From a virus (lineage: Duplodnaviria; Caudoviricetes): a stretch of DNA of 34,311 nucleotides. The position numbers and the translations under genes were made by a program. Of the stretch, positions 16,344 to 25,205 are shown in pieces. Position 1 is the first letter of the stretch. Every line of letters starts with the position of its first letter. The stretch lies in IMG/VR virus record IMGVR_UViG_3300022177_000083, positions 1 through 34,311 of that record; one strand, given 5' to 3'. Below the pieces are notes generated by a model. The model did no database searches, was not told the DNA's origin, and saw only the letters and a list, made by a program, of their open reading frames with translations.

Positions 16344-17825
16344 TTACAGAGTTGTAAGGGCATCAAGCATTGCTGCAAAAGCACCCGGATGTTTAATTGC
16401 AACATCCCACCAGGTGTTTACAACAAGTTTAATCTGGGCGTTTCCGGCAAGGGTGTACGGGTCAACCGTGATGTCCATTCCGCCCCAGTTGTAGATATGT
16501 AGGTTGCTGAAATCACCGAAGATAATGGCGCTGCAAATTTCAACTCCTGTGGTGCTTCCTTTGGTTAGGTTATGAGGCACCAGGTTACTGGTGAAGGCTT
16601 TGTACCCGTTCAAGGTATTGTCATTCTGTCCCCAGATAAACAGACCTGAACCGGTATCGAGCTTGGTGTTTTTCAGCTGATTTTTGACTTTGTTGTTTGT
16701 CAGGTAAGCCAGCATATTTTGGTCAGCATTTGCGATTTCAACGGCTGCTTCCAGCTTTGTGATATGTGACCATGTCGGGTTAGCTCCGTTTGTTCCACCG
16801 GCAACACTTCCAATTCCGGAAGTTCCAAGAATTCCTTGCGGCTGATTGCTTGAGTGACCAGCACCATTAATCGCGGCAAGCTCAACAGCCTGTCCAATGG
16901 CAGCAAGAATGTCATTAAAAACATCATCCTGAAGCCCGATATTTGTCTGAAGCAAAAGCTGCTTTGAAATCGGGGCATGTGCAGCAAGTCTTTGAGGTGC
17001 AACGCTGATTTTGCTGGTTGTTGATCCAGTTTCGTTTGAATCACCAGTTTCAGTTTCCCATGCTACGGAAGTGGATGTCCCTTTTACAAGGTCAAGGTTG
17101 CCGACCATCCCGCCAAACATTTTGGCACCCATCTGGCTGAGGACTAATTTGGGGCGCAATGCCATAATTAACCCGTCTTTATCTGTCGGTATAAGCATCC
17201 CTCCCTGGTCACCAGCGGCAGATGTTTGTCCGGTGGCTGTCATAGCTCTACGCTCTGCATGATTTGCTAAAATAATATTTGGAACACCCAGACCGCTGAT
17301 TGAAATTCCCGATTCTCGTGCTTCTTTCTGAGCTTCCTGGTGCATTTCGAGTTCAAGACCGTCAAGGCTTCTACCTTCTGCTTTAGCTTTAATTGCCCTG
17401 AAGAAGTTGTAGTTTCTAACTTCATTTTTCTCTTTCTCTTTCCCGGCATCGGAATGAAAGGAGCCAGCCATTTCAGCTGCCCTTCGTTCATCCGCAAGCA
17501 CTTTGTCAAGTTTTTCTTTATAGGAATCAAACTCTGAAGCAAGTGCATCATATTTCGTTTGCTCATCGTCTGTAAAGTCCCGCTTTTCTTTTTTAGCTGT
17601 TTCGTGCATTGCCTGCATTTGCTTCCAAAGTTCGCTGCGTTTTTCCTTGATCTGCAAGGATGTTTGAAGGTTACCAAATACCGGAATTGTTGCCAGCACA
17701 ATACCGGCACCGGAAATTATTTGCTCAATACTTCCAGCATCAAAAAAGCTGGTAACAAGTGGGATGGCAACTACTGCCACCAGTAATGTAAGGCATACTG
17801 CCATGATGATTCTGAAGCGTTTCAT
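16344..17825 (-). CDS. Major capsid protein, HK97 fold
   Basis: Coiled-coil delta domain, GGMLIPT, W..E, ISKQLL.Q, AINGAG...QPQGIL, LNGY, IIFGDFS, VDPYT; unusual hydrophobic N-terminal ~50 aa. Confidence 0.92.
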   Translation of the reverse strand: MKRFRIIMAVCLTLLVAVVAIPLVTSFFDAGSIEQIISGAGIVLATIPVFGNLQTSLQIKEKRSELWKQMQAMHETAKKEKRDFTDDEQTKYDALASEFDSYKEKLDKVLADERRAAEMAGSFHSDAGKEKEKNEVRNYNFFRAIKAKAEGRSLDGLELEMHQEAQKEARESGISISGLGVPNIILANHAERRAMTATGQTSAAGDQGGMLIPTDKDGLIMALRPKLVLSQMGAKMFGGMVGNLDLVKGTSTSVAWETETGDSNETGSTTSKISVAPQRLAAHAPISKQLLLQTNIGLQDDVFNDILAAIGQAVELAAINGAGHSSNQPQGILGTSGIGSVAGGTNGANPTWSHITKLEAAVEIANADQNMLAYLTNNKVKNQLKNTKLDTGSGLFIWGQNDNTLNGYKAFTSNLVPHNLTKGSTTGVEICSAIIFGDFSNLHIYNWGGMDITVDPYTLAGNAQIKLVVNTWWDVAIKHPGAFAAMLDALTTL

Positions 17826-17843
17826 CTCTCTAATTTTAAATGG

Positions 17844-18452
17844 TTATTGTAATAGTTTTGATTTCAAATTCAATTCTCTTTCTCTTGCTTTTTCTTCTAC
17901 CTCGTTATACGGCTTAGGTCTTTCCGGTTTACTCCTTAGAGCAACGGAAGTGTCAGCATAAGCTGGGAAGGTCACTGGACCAACATCCCACAACCTTGAA
18001 ACTTTCAGTATTGTACGTAAGTCGTTTTTGTCGTTATTTTCATCGAAAGTCCATTTCTGTTCAGATACTTCAAACTGGAAGGAACTACCTTTGATGTTTC
18101 CGTTTCTCAAGTTTATAAGCAAGTCGTTTCCGGCAGTCGTTTCCGGAGCATCAAAAGCATACATTAATTTGTTGCCTTCTTTGTAAAGCTTAAGGGTTCC
18201 GGCTGACCTTCTTGCAACAACAAGGTTATCATCGTGATTGACAAGCGCAACAACCTCATGGTTGGGATCTGCTAAAATCTCATCAAATGCAGCAGGATCA
18301 ATTTTTTCTTTAAACCAGCGCATTTCTGTTATGCTGTCAAATACGACAGCACTTCCGACAATTGTCCGGCTTTCACCTTCAGCTTCAGCAGCCCGGATTT
18401 CTGTGACTACATTTAGAAATCGCCTTTCAATAGTTTCGTTATCTGTTTTCAT
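17844..18452 (-). CDS. Prohead protease, HK97 family
   Basis: FKEKI...AF, LVNHD, GTLKL, GSSFQF, DVGPVTFPAY; start reassigned to MKTDNE at 18452. Confidence 0.9.
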   Translation of the reverse strand: MKTDNETIERRFLNVVTEIRAAEAEGESRTIVGSAVVFDSITEMRWFKEKIDPAAFDEILADPNHEVVALVNHDDNLVVARRSAGTLKLYKEGNKLMYAFDAPETTAGNDLLINLRNGNIKGSSFQFEVSEQKWTFDENNDKNDLRTILKVSRLWDVGPVTFPAYADTSVALRSKPERPKPYNEVEEKARERELNLKSKLLQ

Positions 18453-19710
18453 CGCTATCTTTTTTAGTTCCCTTGCCTTCGTAAAAGCTTTCAATTTTGT
18501 TGAGCGGAGCATAAGCAGCCTGGATGAATCGGTTGTCACCGCCATCAAATTTTGGCATGTTTTCAAGCTCTGCAATCTGGTTTGGTGTTATCCCGGCTAT
18601 TGCGAACAATGAACGGTAATATTCGCCCCTGCTCTTGCTATCTGCCCGGAGCAATCCGTTAAATTCAAACTCAAAATATTCGTTCCTTTGACGGGAATCG
18701 GGAATAAGTTTTCGTGTAATTTCTTCTTCAAAGCGATTCGCCCACGGCATGAGTGTGTAAGTCACAAACTCCATACTCTGATGCTCAATGTTGTTGTTGG
18801 TGGATCTGGATAAATCCATCAGCATATGCGGTGGCACACCGAACCAACGGGCAATTTCCTCAACCTGAAACTGACGTGTTTGAAGGAATTGGGCTTCTTC
18901 TGGCGGGATGCCTATTTTGGTGAATTTCGTACCGCCTTCAAGGATGGCAGTTTTCCCGGTGTTTTTTGCTCCGTGGTATGAATCTTTCCAGCTGTCCTTT
19001 AAGCGGGTATATACTTCTTCAGACAATTCACCAGGTACCTCAAGTGTGCCGCCTAATGTTGCACCGTTTTCATAGAAGTTGTTCCCAAATTTCTGTGTTG
19101 CAAGTGCGCCTCCTATTGATTCACGGGCAACTGTGATGGGATTATAACCTACTCTGCCATCGAAGGATAGTCCGGGGATATGTAGCACATTTTCTGAAAG
19201 TACAGTTTGGAATTGATTATTTACCAGAATTTTGTAGTAAATCTTATTCTGGTAAACGATTGGAACGCATTCACCTTGCTTAATCGGCATCAATTCAACA
19301 GGTTCCCCGGTTGATTCATTTCTTTTGATGTAAGAATAGCCATTCCCATAACCGACTGCGCCTGCAATAAGCGTTTCACGGAATATGTAGCCGGTCATTA
19401 TTTCGTTAGGAAATCTAAGTTTTGACTCCCCAACTGAATCTGAAACGTGTATTCTGCCATCGGGACCTGTTCTGTAATGCTTTATCGGAAGTCCGGCAAG
19501 GGTGGAGGCAATTACGTTAATTGCCCGCCATACTGCTGATAGTGTAAGGGCGGTGCTATTGTTAACTGATACTGAACCGATGTTTCCTGCATTTAGTGCA
19601 TTCAGTAATTCCTGAGTGGGGCTGGCAAGTGTGCCGGAGGGAACTGGATTTGAACGTGATTCACGCTCAATCTCGAAAAAAGGAATCCCAAATACTTTGT
19701 ACTTTGCCAT
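18439..19710 (-). CDS. Portal protein, HK97 family
   Basis: SAVWRAINVIA, GNGY, VLHI, ILEGG, AQFLQTRQF..EEIARWFGVPP, NNIEHQ. Confidence 0.95.
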   Translation of the reverse strand: MAKYKVFGIPFFEIERESRSNPVPSGTLASPTQELLNALNAGNIGSVSVNNSTALTLSAVWRAINVIASTLAGLPIKHYRTGPDGRIHVSDSVGESKLRFPNEIMTGYIFRETLIAGAVGYGNGYSYIKRNESTGEPVELMPIKQGECVPIVYQNKIYYKILVNNQFQTVLSENVLHIPGLSFDGRVGYNPITVARESIGGALATQKFGNNFYENGATLGGTLEVPGELSEEVYTRLKDSWKDSYHGAKNTGKTAILEGGTKFTKIGIPPEEAQFLQTRQFQVEEIARWFGVPPHMLMDLSRSTNNNIEHQSMEFVTYTLMPWANRFEEEITRKLIPDSRQRNEYFEFEFNGLLRADSKSRGEYYRSLFAIAGITPNQIAELENMPKFDGGDNRFIQAAYAPLNKIESFYEGKGTKKDSDENR

Positions 19711-19731
19711 GTTTTGAATGATCGTTCATGG

Positions 19732-19776
19732 CAAATATGTGGGCGTTTTAAGAAAATCCTACTGGAACATTGTTCC
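19732..19776 (-). promoter_or_regulatory. Candidate late promoter with palindromic activator site
   Basis: -7-like CATATTTG (19739-19732); perfect palindrome GGAACA-T-TGTTCC (19764-19776) just upstream of where a -33 box is missing. Confidence 0.5.
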
Positions 19777-19817
19777 CTTTTTGAAAAATAATTTTTAATC
19801 CCCTGATATACATGTAA

Positions 19818-19841
19818 TAAAAAAAGTCCCTAAAAGGGACT
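19818..19841 (-). terminator. Intrinsic terminator ending the terminase operon
   Basis: Minus strand AGTCCCT-TTT-AGGGACT followed by a T run. Confidence 0.65.
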
Positions 19842-19898
19842 GATTTTGATAGGCGGTTACAAACGCTTTGAATTAAACATTTAATTGTTATTCTGAAG

Positions 19899-20111
19899 TT
19901 ATGTGGCATTAATGATTCTAAGCCTTTTGGCTATCTCTGCCAATAACATTTCATCAGTAAATTGCCTTGTATCCCCAGAACCGATTAAATTAATTGTAAT
20001 TGTAACTTCCTCATGTTTTGGAGGCATAGGTGTGCCTTGTGGCACATCCCATAATTTCGGTTCAGTATGCCTATCAATAATGATTGGATCATCATTTAGC
20101 AAAAATTCCAT
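19899..20111 (-). CDS. Hypothetical protein (cassette-like gene)
   Basis: ORF with AT-rich leader; flanked by inverted GYTATGTGGC/GCCACATAAC. Confidence 0.55.
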   Translation of the reverse strand: MEFLLNDDPIIIDRHTEPKLWDVPQGTPMPPKHEEVTITINLIGSGDTRQFTDEMLLAEIAKRLRIINAT

Positions 20112-20204
20112 AAATTAAAGCCACATAGCAAAAGGTAAAGCAAAAAGCCTACTATGTGGTCTTATTGGGGCTTTATTTGCTTTGTTAAACATTAGTTGAT
20201 TTTT

Positions 20205-20393
20205 TCAGTACCCATACGAACAAGCTATACAGCAAAATACCTTATCTGGATCTTCTGTTTCCTGAAACTGTCTGCCACAATTTTGGCAAACCATCAGCGG
20301 TTTCTGCTGTTGCGAATTTACAATCTTTTCGGCAATCTTCCTGGCATCCCATGTGTTTTGCCCTAACACAATTCGTTTAGTTTTCTTTTGCAT
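20205..20393 (-). CDS. Small Cys-rich (zinc-finger-like) protein
   Basis: CQNCG...FCCIAC. Confidence 0.55.
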   Translation of the reverse strand: MQKKTKRIVLGQNTWDARKIAEKIVNSQQQKPLMVCQNCGRQFQETEDPDKVFCCIACSYGY

Positions 20394-20561
20394 GGCTCTT
20401 GTCTTTGTAAGTTATGTGAATTGTCACATCATCCGGTAATTCGTGTTTTCCCGGTACCTGCTTAAATATTTGTCATGGGTTAACTTCGTTTTAATGTTTA
20501 CGTTTTCCGCTTTGATTGTCTGATTATTCTTAATAAGCACTATCTGATAGATTTCAAGCAT
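20377..20561 (-). pseudogene. Small gene apparently broken by a 1-nt deletion
   Basis: ATG at 20561 follows the upstream stop; adding one A to the A4 run at 20446-20449 gives a 61-aa ORF overlapping the next start. Confidence 0.4.
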
Positions 20562-20562
20562 G

Positions 20563-20754
20563 TTAGTTGGATTTAAGTTTTCTGTTCTTTACTTTCCTGA
20601 AGCTTTCGTAACCTGAATACCGGTCAATGCCGAATTTCTTCTTGTATTCGGAAGCTGTAAGCAAATAAGCTTCTTCATTTGTCTTCGCTGTTTTTAAATG
20701 CTGAAAATAGCGCTTGATAAAGCCATCAAGGGTAAGCAGATTTATTTCATCCAT
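20563..20754 (-). CDS. Small basic hypothetical protein (possible late regulator)
   Basis: 63 aa, overlaps neighbour, basic C-terminus RYSGYESFRKVKNRK; function inferred from position only. Confidence 0.6.
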   Translation of the reverse strand: MDEINLLTLDGFIKRYFQHLKTAKTNEEAYLLTASEYKKKFGIDRYSGYESFRKVKNRKLKSN

Positions 20755-21116
20755 TTTTTTATGAAATTTTTGGATAAATATTCTTCGATTAATTCAATGG
20801 TGTAGTAGTATGGCTTTTGCTTATACTCAATGATGTCATTAACTTTTTTGATTGAATATAAGATTGTTGCATGATCCCGATCTATGAATTTTCCAATTTC
20901 CGTTGTTGAGTGTTTGGTAAATATTCTGCTCATATATACCAGAACCTGGCGAATCATCACATACGGCATTTCCCTGCTTTTAAAGTGATTCCTGAAATCA
21001 GTTTGTGAAATTTGGAAGTAACCACAAACAATTTTCTCGATGTCTTCAAGGTTTGCTATTTTCAATTCTAACCCAGGTGCAACATACGGTGAAGTTGGTA
21101 TTATTGTCGCTCTCAT
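20742..21116 (-). CDS. DnaA C-terminal-like HTH DNA-binding protein
   Basis: RQV..Y, STTEIGKFIDRDHATILYSIKKV matches DnaA domain IV. Confidence 0.8.
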   Translation of the reverse strand: MRATIIPTSPYVAPGLELKIANLEDIEKIVCGYFQISQTDFRNHFKSREMPYVMIRQVLVYMSRIFTKHSTTEIGKFIDRDHATILYSIKKVNDIIEYKQKPYYYTIELIEEYLSKNFIKKWMK

Positions 21117-22777
21117 ATTGTCCTGATTCCTTTCATCATAATTTTGTTAATGTCAATGTTTTCATTCGGAGTCATTTGCTGTCCTTTTGCCATGACAGCG
21201 GCAACAGCACCGTCAACCTTTTCACTTGCTTTTGATTTATCAATTTTGATATTGCCTGCCGGATCACGCTGAATAGCTACATTACTCATCATCCATCGCA
21301 TTACCGGATTGTTCATGTGGTTCATTCTCCGGGTGAATACAGTTCTTTCAAATTCCTTAGTCGGGGCGCTCATGCTTCCGTAACCCTGACCAAACGGCTG
21401 CATATTTATACCTTCGGATGTCAGGTTGATAACCAGCTGTGAGCTGTTCCACCGGTCATATGAAATTGCTACAAGTTTATACGTTGATGCAATTCGCATG
21501 ATGTCCGCCTGAATAAAATCATAATCCGTCACGTTTCCAGGTGTAGTTGTTATGAAGCCCTGATTTATCCAAAGGTCATACGGTACCCGGACATTTTTTA
21601 CCCGATCCTGAACGTTATCTTCAGGCATCCAGAAAAACCATTTGTAAACATCTGTCCCGTCCGGCATCTGAAAAACTAATGATAATGCGGTTAAGTCACG
21701 GGTTGCTGAAAGGTCAAGCCCACCATTACAAGACAATCCTGAAAGGTCAATTTCAGATCCGCCACATAACTGCCAATCATCATCCGGAATCCACACGGAA
21801 ACTGAATCAACCCACATATTGAGTTGCTTGGTTTTGAATTCATTAATTTTGGAAGGATTGTTTTTAGCGTCAATGTATTTTGATTTTAGAAACTCCGTTT
21901 TTACGGAAATACCCATATTCGGGTTGCTTTTTAGCCATGCTGACTGATCTTCCCAATCATCTTCTTCATCCATCGAAAAAATCATAGGGAATAAATCATC
22001 CTGTTCAATAATACCCTGAAGCACTTTGATGCAAACATCCCGGAAGGTATAACAGGGACTGGTACGGTTGAATCCGGCAGTAGTTATAATGTCCATCATC
22101 GGTTCGCTTCTGGAAGCCATTGAAGATTCAATGTTATCAAACAGGTCGTTTGATTTCCAGGCATGGTATTCGTCAATGATACCGAAATGGGTGTTCAAGC
22201 CGTCCTGTGTGGAGCTATCGGAAGAAAGTGCTTTGAATGAATTGCCAAGATTTTCAAAAGCAATGGAGTATTGATAAACCTTTAGCTTGCTTTTGATTTT
22301 CGGGCTGTATTTGATAATCTGTTTTGTGTCGTTAAAGCAAATTGCCGCTTGTTCCCGCTTTGTTGCTGTGCTGTAAATTTCGGCACCTACTTCACCATCT
22401 GCAAGAAGGTGGTAAATGGCTTCGCCTCCCAGCATGGCTGTTTTGCCGTTTTTCTTTGCAATCTCAAGATATGCCTTTCGGAATCTACGTTGTTTGTCAG
22501 CCTTACGCCATCCATACTGAACATAGAATTTGAACATCTGCCAGTCCGAAAGAATGAACGGTTTCCCGGCAAAGTCTTTCCCTTTCCCGTGCCGGAGGAA
22601 TCCGAACAACTGAATTGGCTTTAACCCGGCTTTTGGGTCAAAGTAAAAACCTTTTTCGTATGCAGTTTCAAGGTCTTTTAGGTGTCGTTGTACTGCAAGG
22701 ATTTCCAGTTTCCCGGCAGGCTGTTTTCCTGAAACAACCCGGTCCATGTAGGCGTGTATAGTTTTTTCAATGCTCAT
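21113..22777 (-). CDS. terL: Terminase large subunit
   Basis: Walker A IAKKNGKT, Walker B GIIDEYH, ITTAG, GGLDLS..DLTA, YDRWN, EKVDGAVA. Confidence 0.95.
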   Translation of the reverse strand: MSIEKTIHAYMDRVVSGKQPAGKLEILAVQRHLKDLETAYEKGFYFDPKAGLKPIQLFGFLRHGKGKDFAGKPFILSDWQMFKFYVQYGWRKADKQRRFRKAYLEIAKKNGKTAMLGGEAIYHLLADGEVGAEIYSTATKREQAAICFNDTKQIIKYSPKIKSKLKVYQYSIAFENLGNSFKALSSDSSTQDGLNTHFGIIDEYHAWKSNDLFDNIESSMASRSEPMMDIITTAGFNRTSPCYTFRDVCIKVLQGIIEQDDLFPMIFSMDEEDDWEDQSAWLKSNPNMGISVKTEFLKSKYIDAKNNPSKINEFKTKQLNMWVDSVSVWIPDDDWQLCGGSEIDLSGLSCNGGLDLSATRDLTALSLVFQMPDGTDVYKWFFWMPEDNVQDRVKNVRVPYDLWINQGFITTTPGNVTDYDFIQADIMRIASTYKLVAISYDRWNSSQLVINLTSEGINMQPFGQGYGSMSAPTKEFERTVFTRRMNHMNNPVMRWMMSNVAIQRDPAGNIKIDKSKASEKVDGAVAAVMAKGQQMTPNENIDINKIMMKGIRTI

Positions 22778-23238
22778 AAGCCAAGAAATGTTTCAAGGTC
22801 ATCTTTCTTTTCTTTAGGTGCAAGCTTCAATGATGCCCGGCTGGAAGGAGTGAACCCGAATTGTGTTGCAATAGCTTTAGCTCGTTCCCAGCTCGATGAC
22901 TTTTGCTTATTCAATCGTTGAAATAGCAATTCACTCTGAGCATCCAGTAATGCCATTGCCGGGATTTTTGAAATTTGTTCTGAAGTTTCCAGGTAAGTAG
23001 CGTATTCCACACAATAACTGACAAACATATCAAGATCAATTTTTGTAAGAAGATCCATGTTAATCAGTTCCATGCCTTTGTTCTTGTATATTGATTTGGC
23101 AAGCTTCGAAAACCATGATGGCGGATGCGGCAACTTCGTAATCTTTTCACCTTCTGGTTCATCGTGATTTATCCTGCACGGCTGGTCGGTACCCCGTAAT
23201 TTCTTCAATGCGGTTGGTGTAGTTTTTCTTCCTTTCAT
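22774..23238 (-). CDS. terS: Terminase small subunit, P27 family
   Basis: GRKTTPTALKKLRG, PPSW, FGFTPSSRA. Confidence 0.9.
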   Translation of the reverse strand: MKGRKTTPTALKKLRGTDQPCRINHDEPEGEKITKLPHPPSWFSKLAKSIYKNKGMELINMDLLTKIDLDMFVSYCVEYATYLETSEQISKIPAMALLDAQSELLFQRLNKQKSSSWERAKAIATQFGFTPSSRASLKLAPKEKKDDLETFLGL

Positions 23239-23876
23239 TTTTCAAAACTTATTATGCCGTCAAAGTAGCTTTTGTAGAATTCAAAAAGTTCCTTGCTTAT
23301 AGTGATACATCCGTTTTCAGTTCGTGGATTCGTGTTGACATTTGCGGAAGTTTGAATGCCAAAGTGAAATTTTGGACCGTAACCAGCAAATATTTTGCTA
23401 TGATTTCGAAAAACACATATGCGCCCAATATCTGGTGTTATCACTCTCTGGAGTTCCGCATATTCAACCCGGTAGCTTCCGGGGAATATTTCACCAACAT
23501 AGGCATCAAACTTTTTAATTTTCCCAGCTTTTAACCATTCTTCTATCTGAAGAATATCATCGTTTGCCATGCACCAGGTTGACATTAGGCAGTAATCAAG
23601 GTTCTGTTGACGTAACATTACCTTCAGATAACTTAAAGCATCCACATCACCTGCGGTTATGCAATGGATTGTGTCACCTTCCTTGAAATCAAAGCCAGCG
23701 ATGTCCAGAAGCTGTGTTTCTGAATATGCCCTTCTGTACATCGTGTTTTTTTCTCTCGATTTTAGAGCTACTGATCTTCGCTTCGATACAGAAACTTCTT
23801 CAGAAAGGACTTCCGGATCTGAACCCTGCGGTTCGAAGAAACTAAACTGAACTGTCTTAAGTGTATGTGGCTCCAT
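23235..23876 (-). CDS. Phospholipase-D-like (HKD) domain protein
   Basis: NHSKI...TSANVNTNPRTEN resembles HxK...SxN; single domain. Confidence 0.65.
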   Translation of the reverse strand: MEPHTLKTVQFSFFEPQGSDPEVLSEEVSVSKRRSVALKSREKNTMYRRAYSETQLLDIAGFDFKEGDTIHCITAGDVDALSYLKVMLRQQNLDYCLMSTWCMANDDILQIEEWLKAGKIKKFDAYVGEIFPGSYRVEYAELQRVITPDIGRICVFRNHSKIFAGYGPKFHFGIQTSANVNTNPRTENGCITISKELFEFYKSYFDGIISFEK

Positions 23877-23889
23877 TTTCCCTATTTCT

Positions 23890-23961
23890 GCATGTGGTTA
23901 TATGATGCTGGGTGTTCGATTACACCCTGACGGGTCCGGAAGTTTAACCCACCCCTCCCCA
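23890..23961. other. Candidate cos region
   Basis: Non-coding, upstream of the terminase operon; minus strand GGGGAGGGGTGGG tract then GGGTGT-N6-ACACCC dyad (23910-23927). Confidence 0.45.
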
Positions 23962-24089
23962 TTTCGTTTTTATTCGCTGATTTACAGTTGATTAAGGTCA
24001 TTTTCTTCTGATTGTCCAATTTTGTGTGTTCAAAAACAGTCTTATGCCAGATTATCAATAAGTTAGCCTACCGGATTAAATATATTGGA

Positions 24090-25028
24090 TTAATCCGGCT
24101 GGCTATTCTTTTTAATCATTTCTGATAAAGTTTCCTGTGGTTTTTGTTTATCCAGCATATCGTATTCAGCATATCGTGTGTAAAGCTGTGTGGTTGAAAT
24201 GTTTGAATGCCCAAGAAATCTTTGTATTACTGCAAGTTCAAAGCCTTGTTCAAGCAGGAAACAAGCGCTTGTATGTCTTAGGCTGTGTGCTGTTATCTTC
24301 GGATCATCTATTCCGGCTCTGACTAACCTGGACTTAATGATTTCACTAAGCCGGTTTGCCTTCAGGTTTCTTGATGGATGGGTAGTGTGTGAAACAAACA
24401 GATACGATTCACTGGTAACTTCTTCCCCGTGTTCAAGTCTTTCTGAAATGTAATCTTCAATCAGCGGAAGAATAGATTCTGGTATTTCAATCCGCTGTCC
24501 CTTTGTTGTGTAGCCTTTCCGGATCACATTAACGTGGGTACCGTTTATGTCATTCAGCTGTACGTTTGCCAATTCGTTTACCCGTAACCCGGTTGTCAGG
24601 CTCATACTTATCATCAGGGAATCACGTTTACCTAATGCAGAGTTTTGGTTTATGCTGTTGAGTAGTTGTTGTACCTGATTCTTAGATAGCGGTAGTTTAC
24701 TGTATGTCGTTTTCTTTTTGATACGCTGAATTCCTTTTGTGATTACCTGATTGTAATAACCGGATTCAGTAAGCCAGGTGAAAAATGTTCGTAGCGTCAT
24801 AATATACAGGGCAATAGTGTACGGGCTTTTTCCTTCAACCTCAAGGCTGTATTTAAACGCAATTGCATCTTTCGCTGTTGGTCTTGTAGCATCTCGGTTA
24901 GTTTGCACCATGAACCTAAAAAATATGTTGATGATGGATGAATACGTAACCTTTGATGTCGGGGTTAACTCCCGGCTATCAAGGTATTCAGCAATCAGGC
25001 TCTTATGGTTTCGTATTGTGTCAGTCAT
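24090..25028 (-). CDS. XerC/D-like tyrosine recombinase
   Basis: TGLRVNE, RKG, HSLRH, LGHSNISTTQLY: complete R-K-H-R-H-Y set. Confidence 0.92.
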   Translation of the reverse strand: MTDTIRNHKSLIAEYLDSRELTPTSKVTYSSIINIFFRFMVQTNRDATRPTAKDAIAFKYSLEVEGKSPYTIALYIMTLRTFFTWLTESGYYNQVITKGIQRIKKKTTYSKLPLSKNQVQQLLNSINQNSALGKRDSLMISMSLTTGLRVNELANVQLNDINGTHVNVIRKGYTTKGQRIEIPESILPLIEDYISERLEHGEEVTSESYLFVSHTTHPSRNLKANRLSEIIKSRLVRAGIDDPKITAHSLRHTSACFLLEQGFELAVIQRFLGHSNISTTQLYTRYAEYDMLDKQKPQETLSEMIKKNSQPD

Positions 25029-25049
25029 TTTGTAGTGTTTTTAGGTTAG

Positions 25050-25205
25050 CTATTTTCTGAAATAACTATCACCAGCAATCTGTTTACTTATATCTGAGTT
25101 GTTGACCTTTATATACTTGAAGAAGCTCTTTTCAGTTGTGTGACCTGTTAATGCCATGATTTCAAATGTTTTCATTCTCCCGGTTAAATACATGTTAGTA
25201 GCTGC
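25050..25205 (-). pseudogene. C-terminal 51-aa remnant of another tyrosine recombinase
   Basis: Translates AATNMYLTGRMKTFEIMALTGHTTEKSFFKYIKV...YFRK*; box II tail with GH and catalytic Y, but HxxR and everything upstream is missing. Confidence 0.8.

Noticed and set aside
18453-18575. N-terminal extension of the prohead protease in the ORF track
   Set aside because: Overlaps the portal 3' end; ATG 18452 gives a typical short overlap
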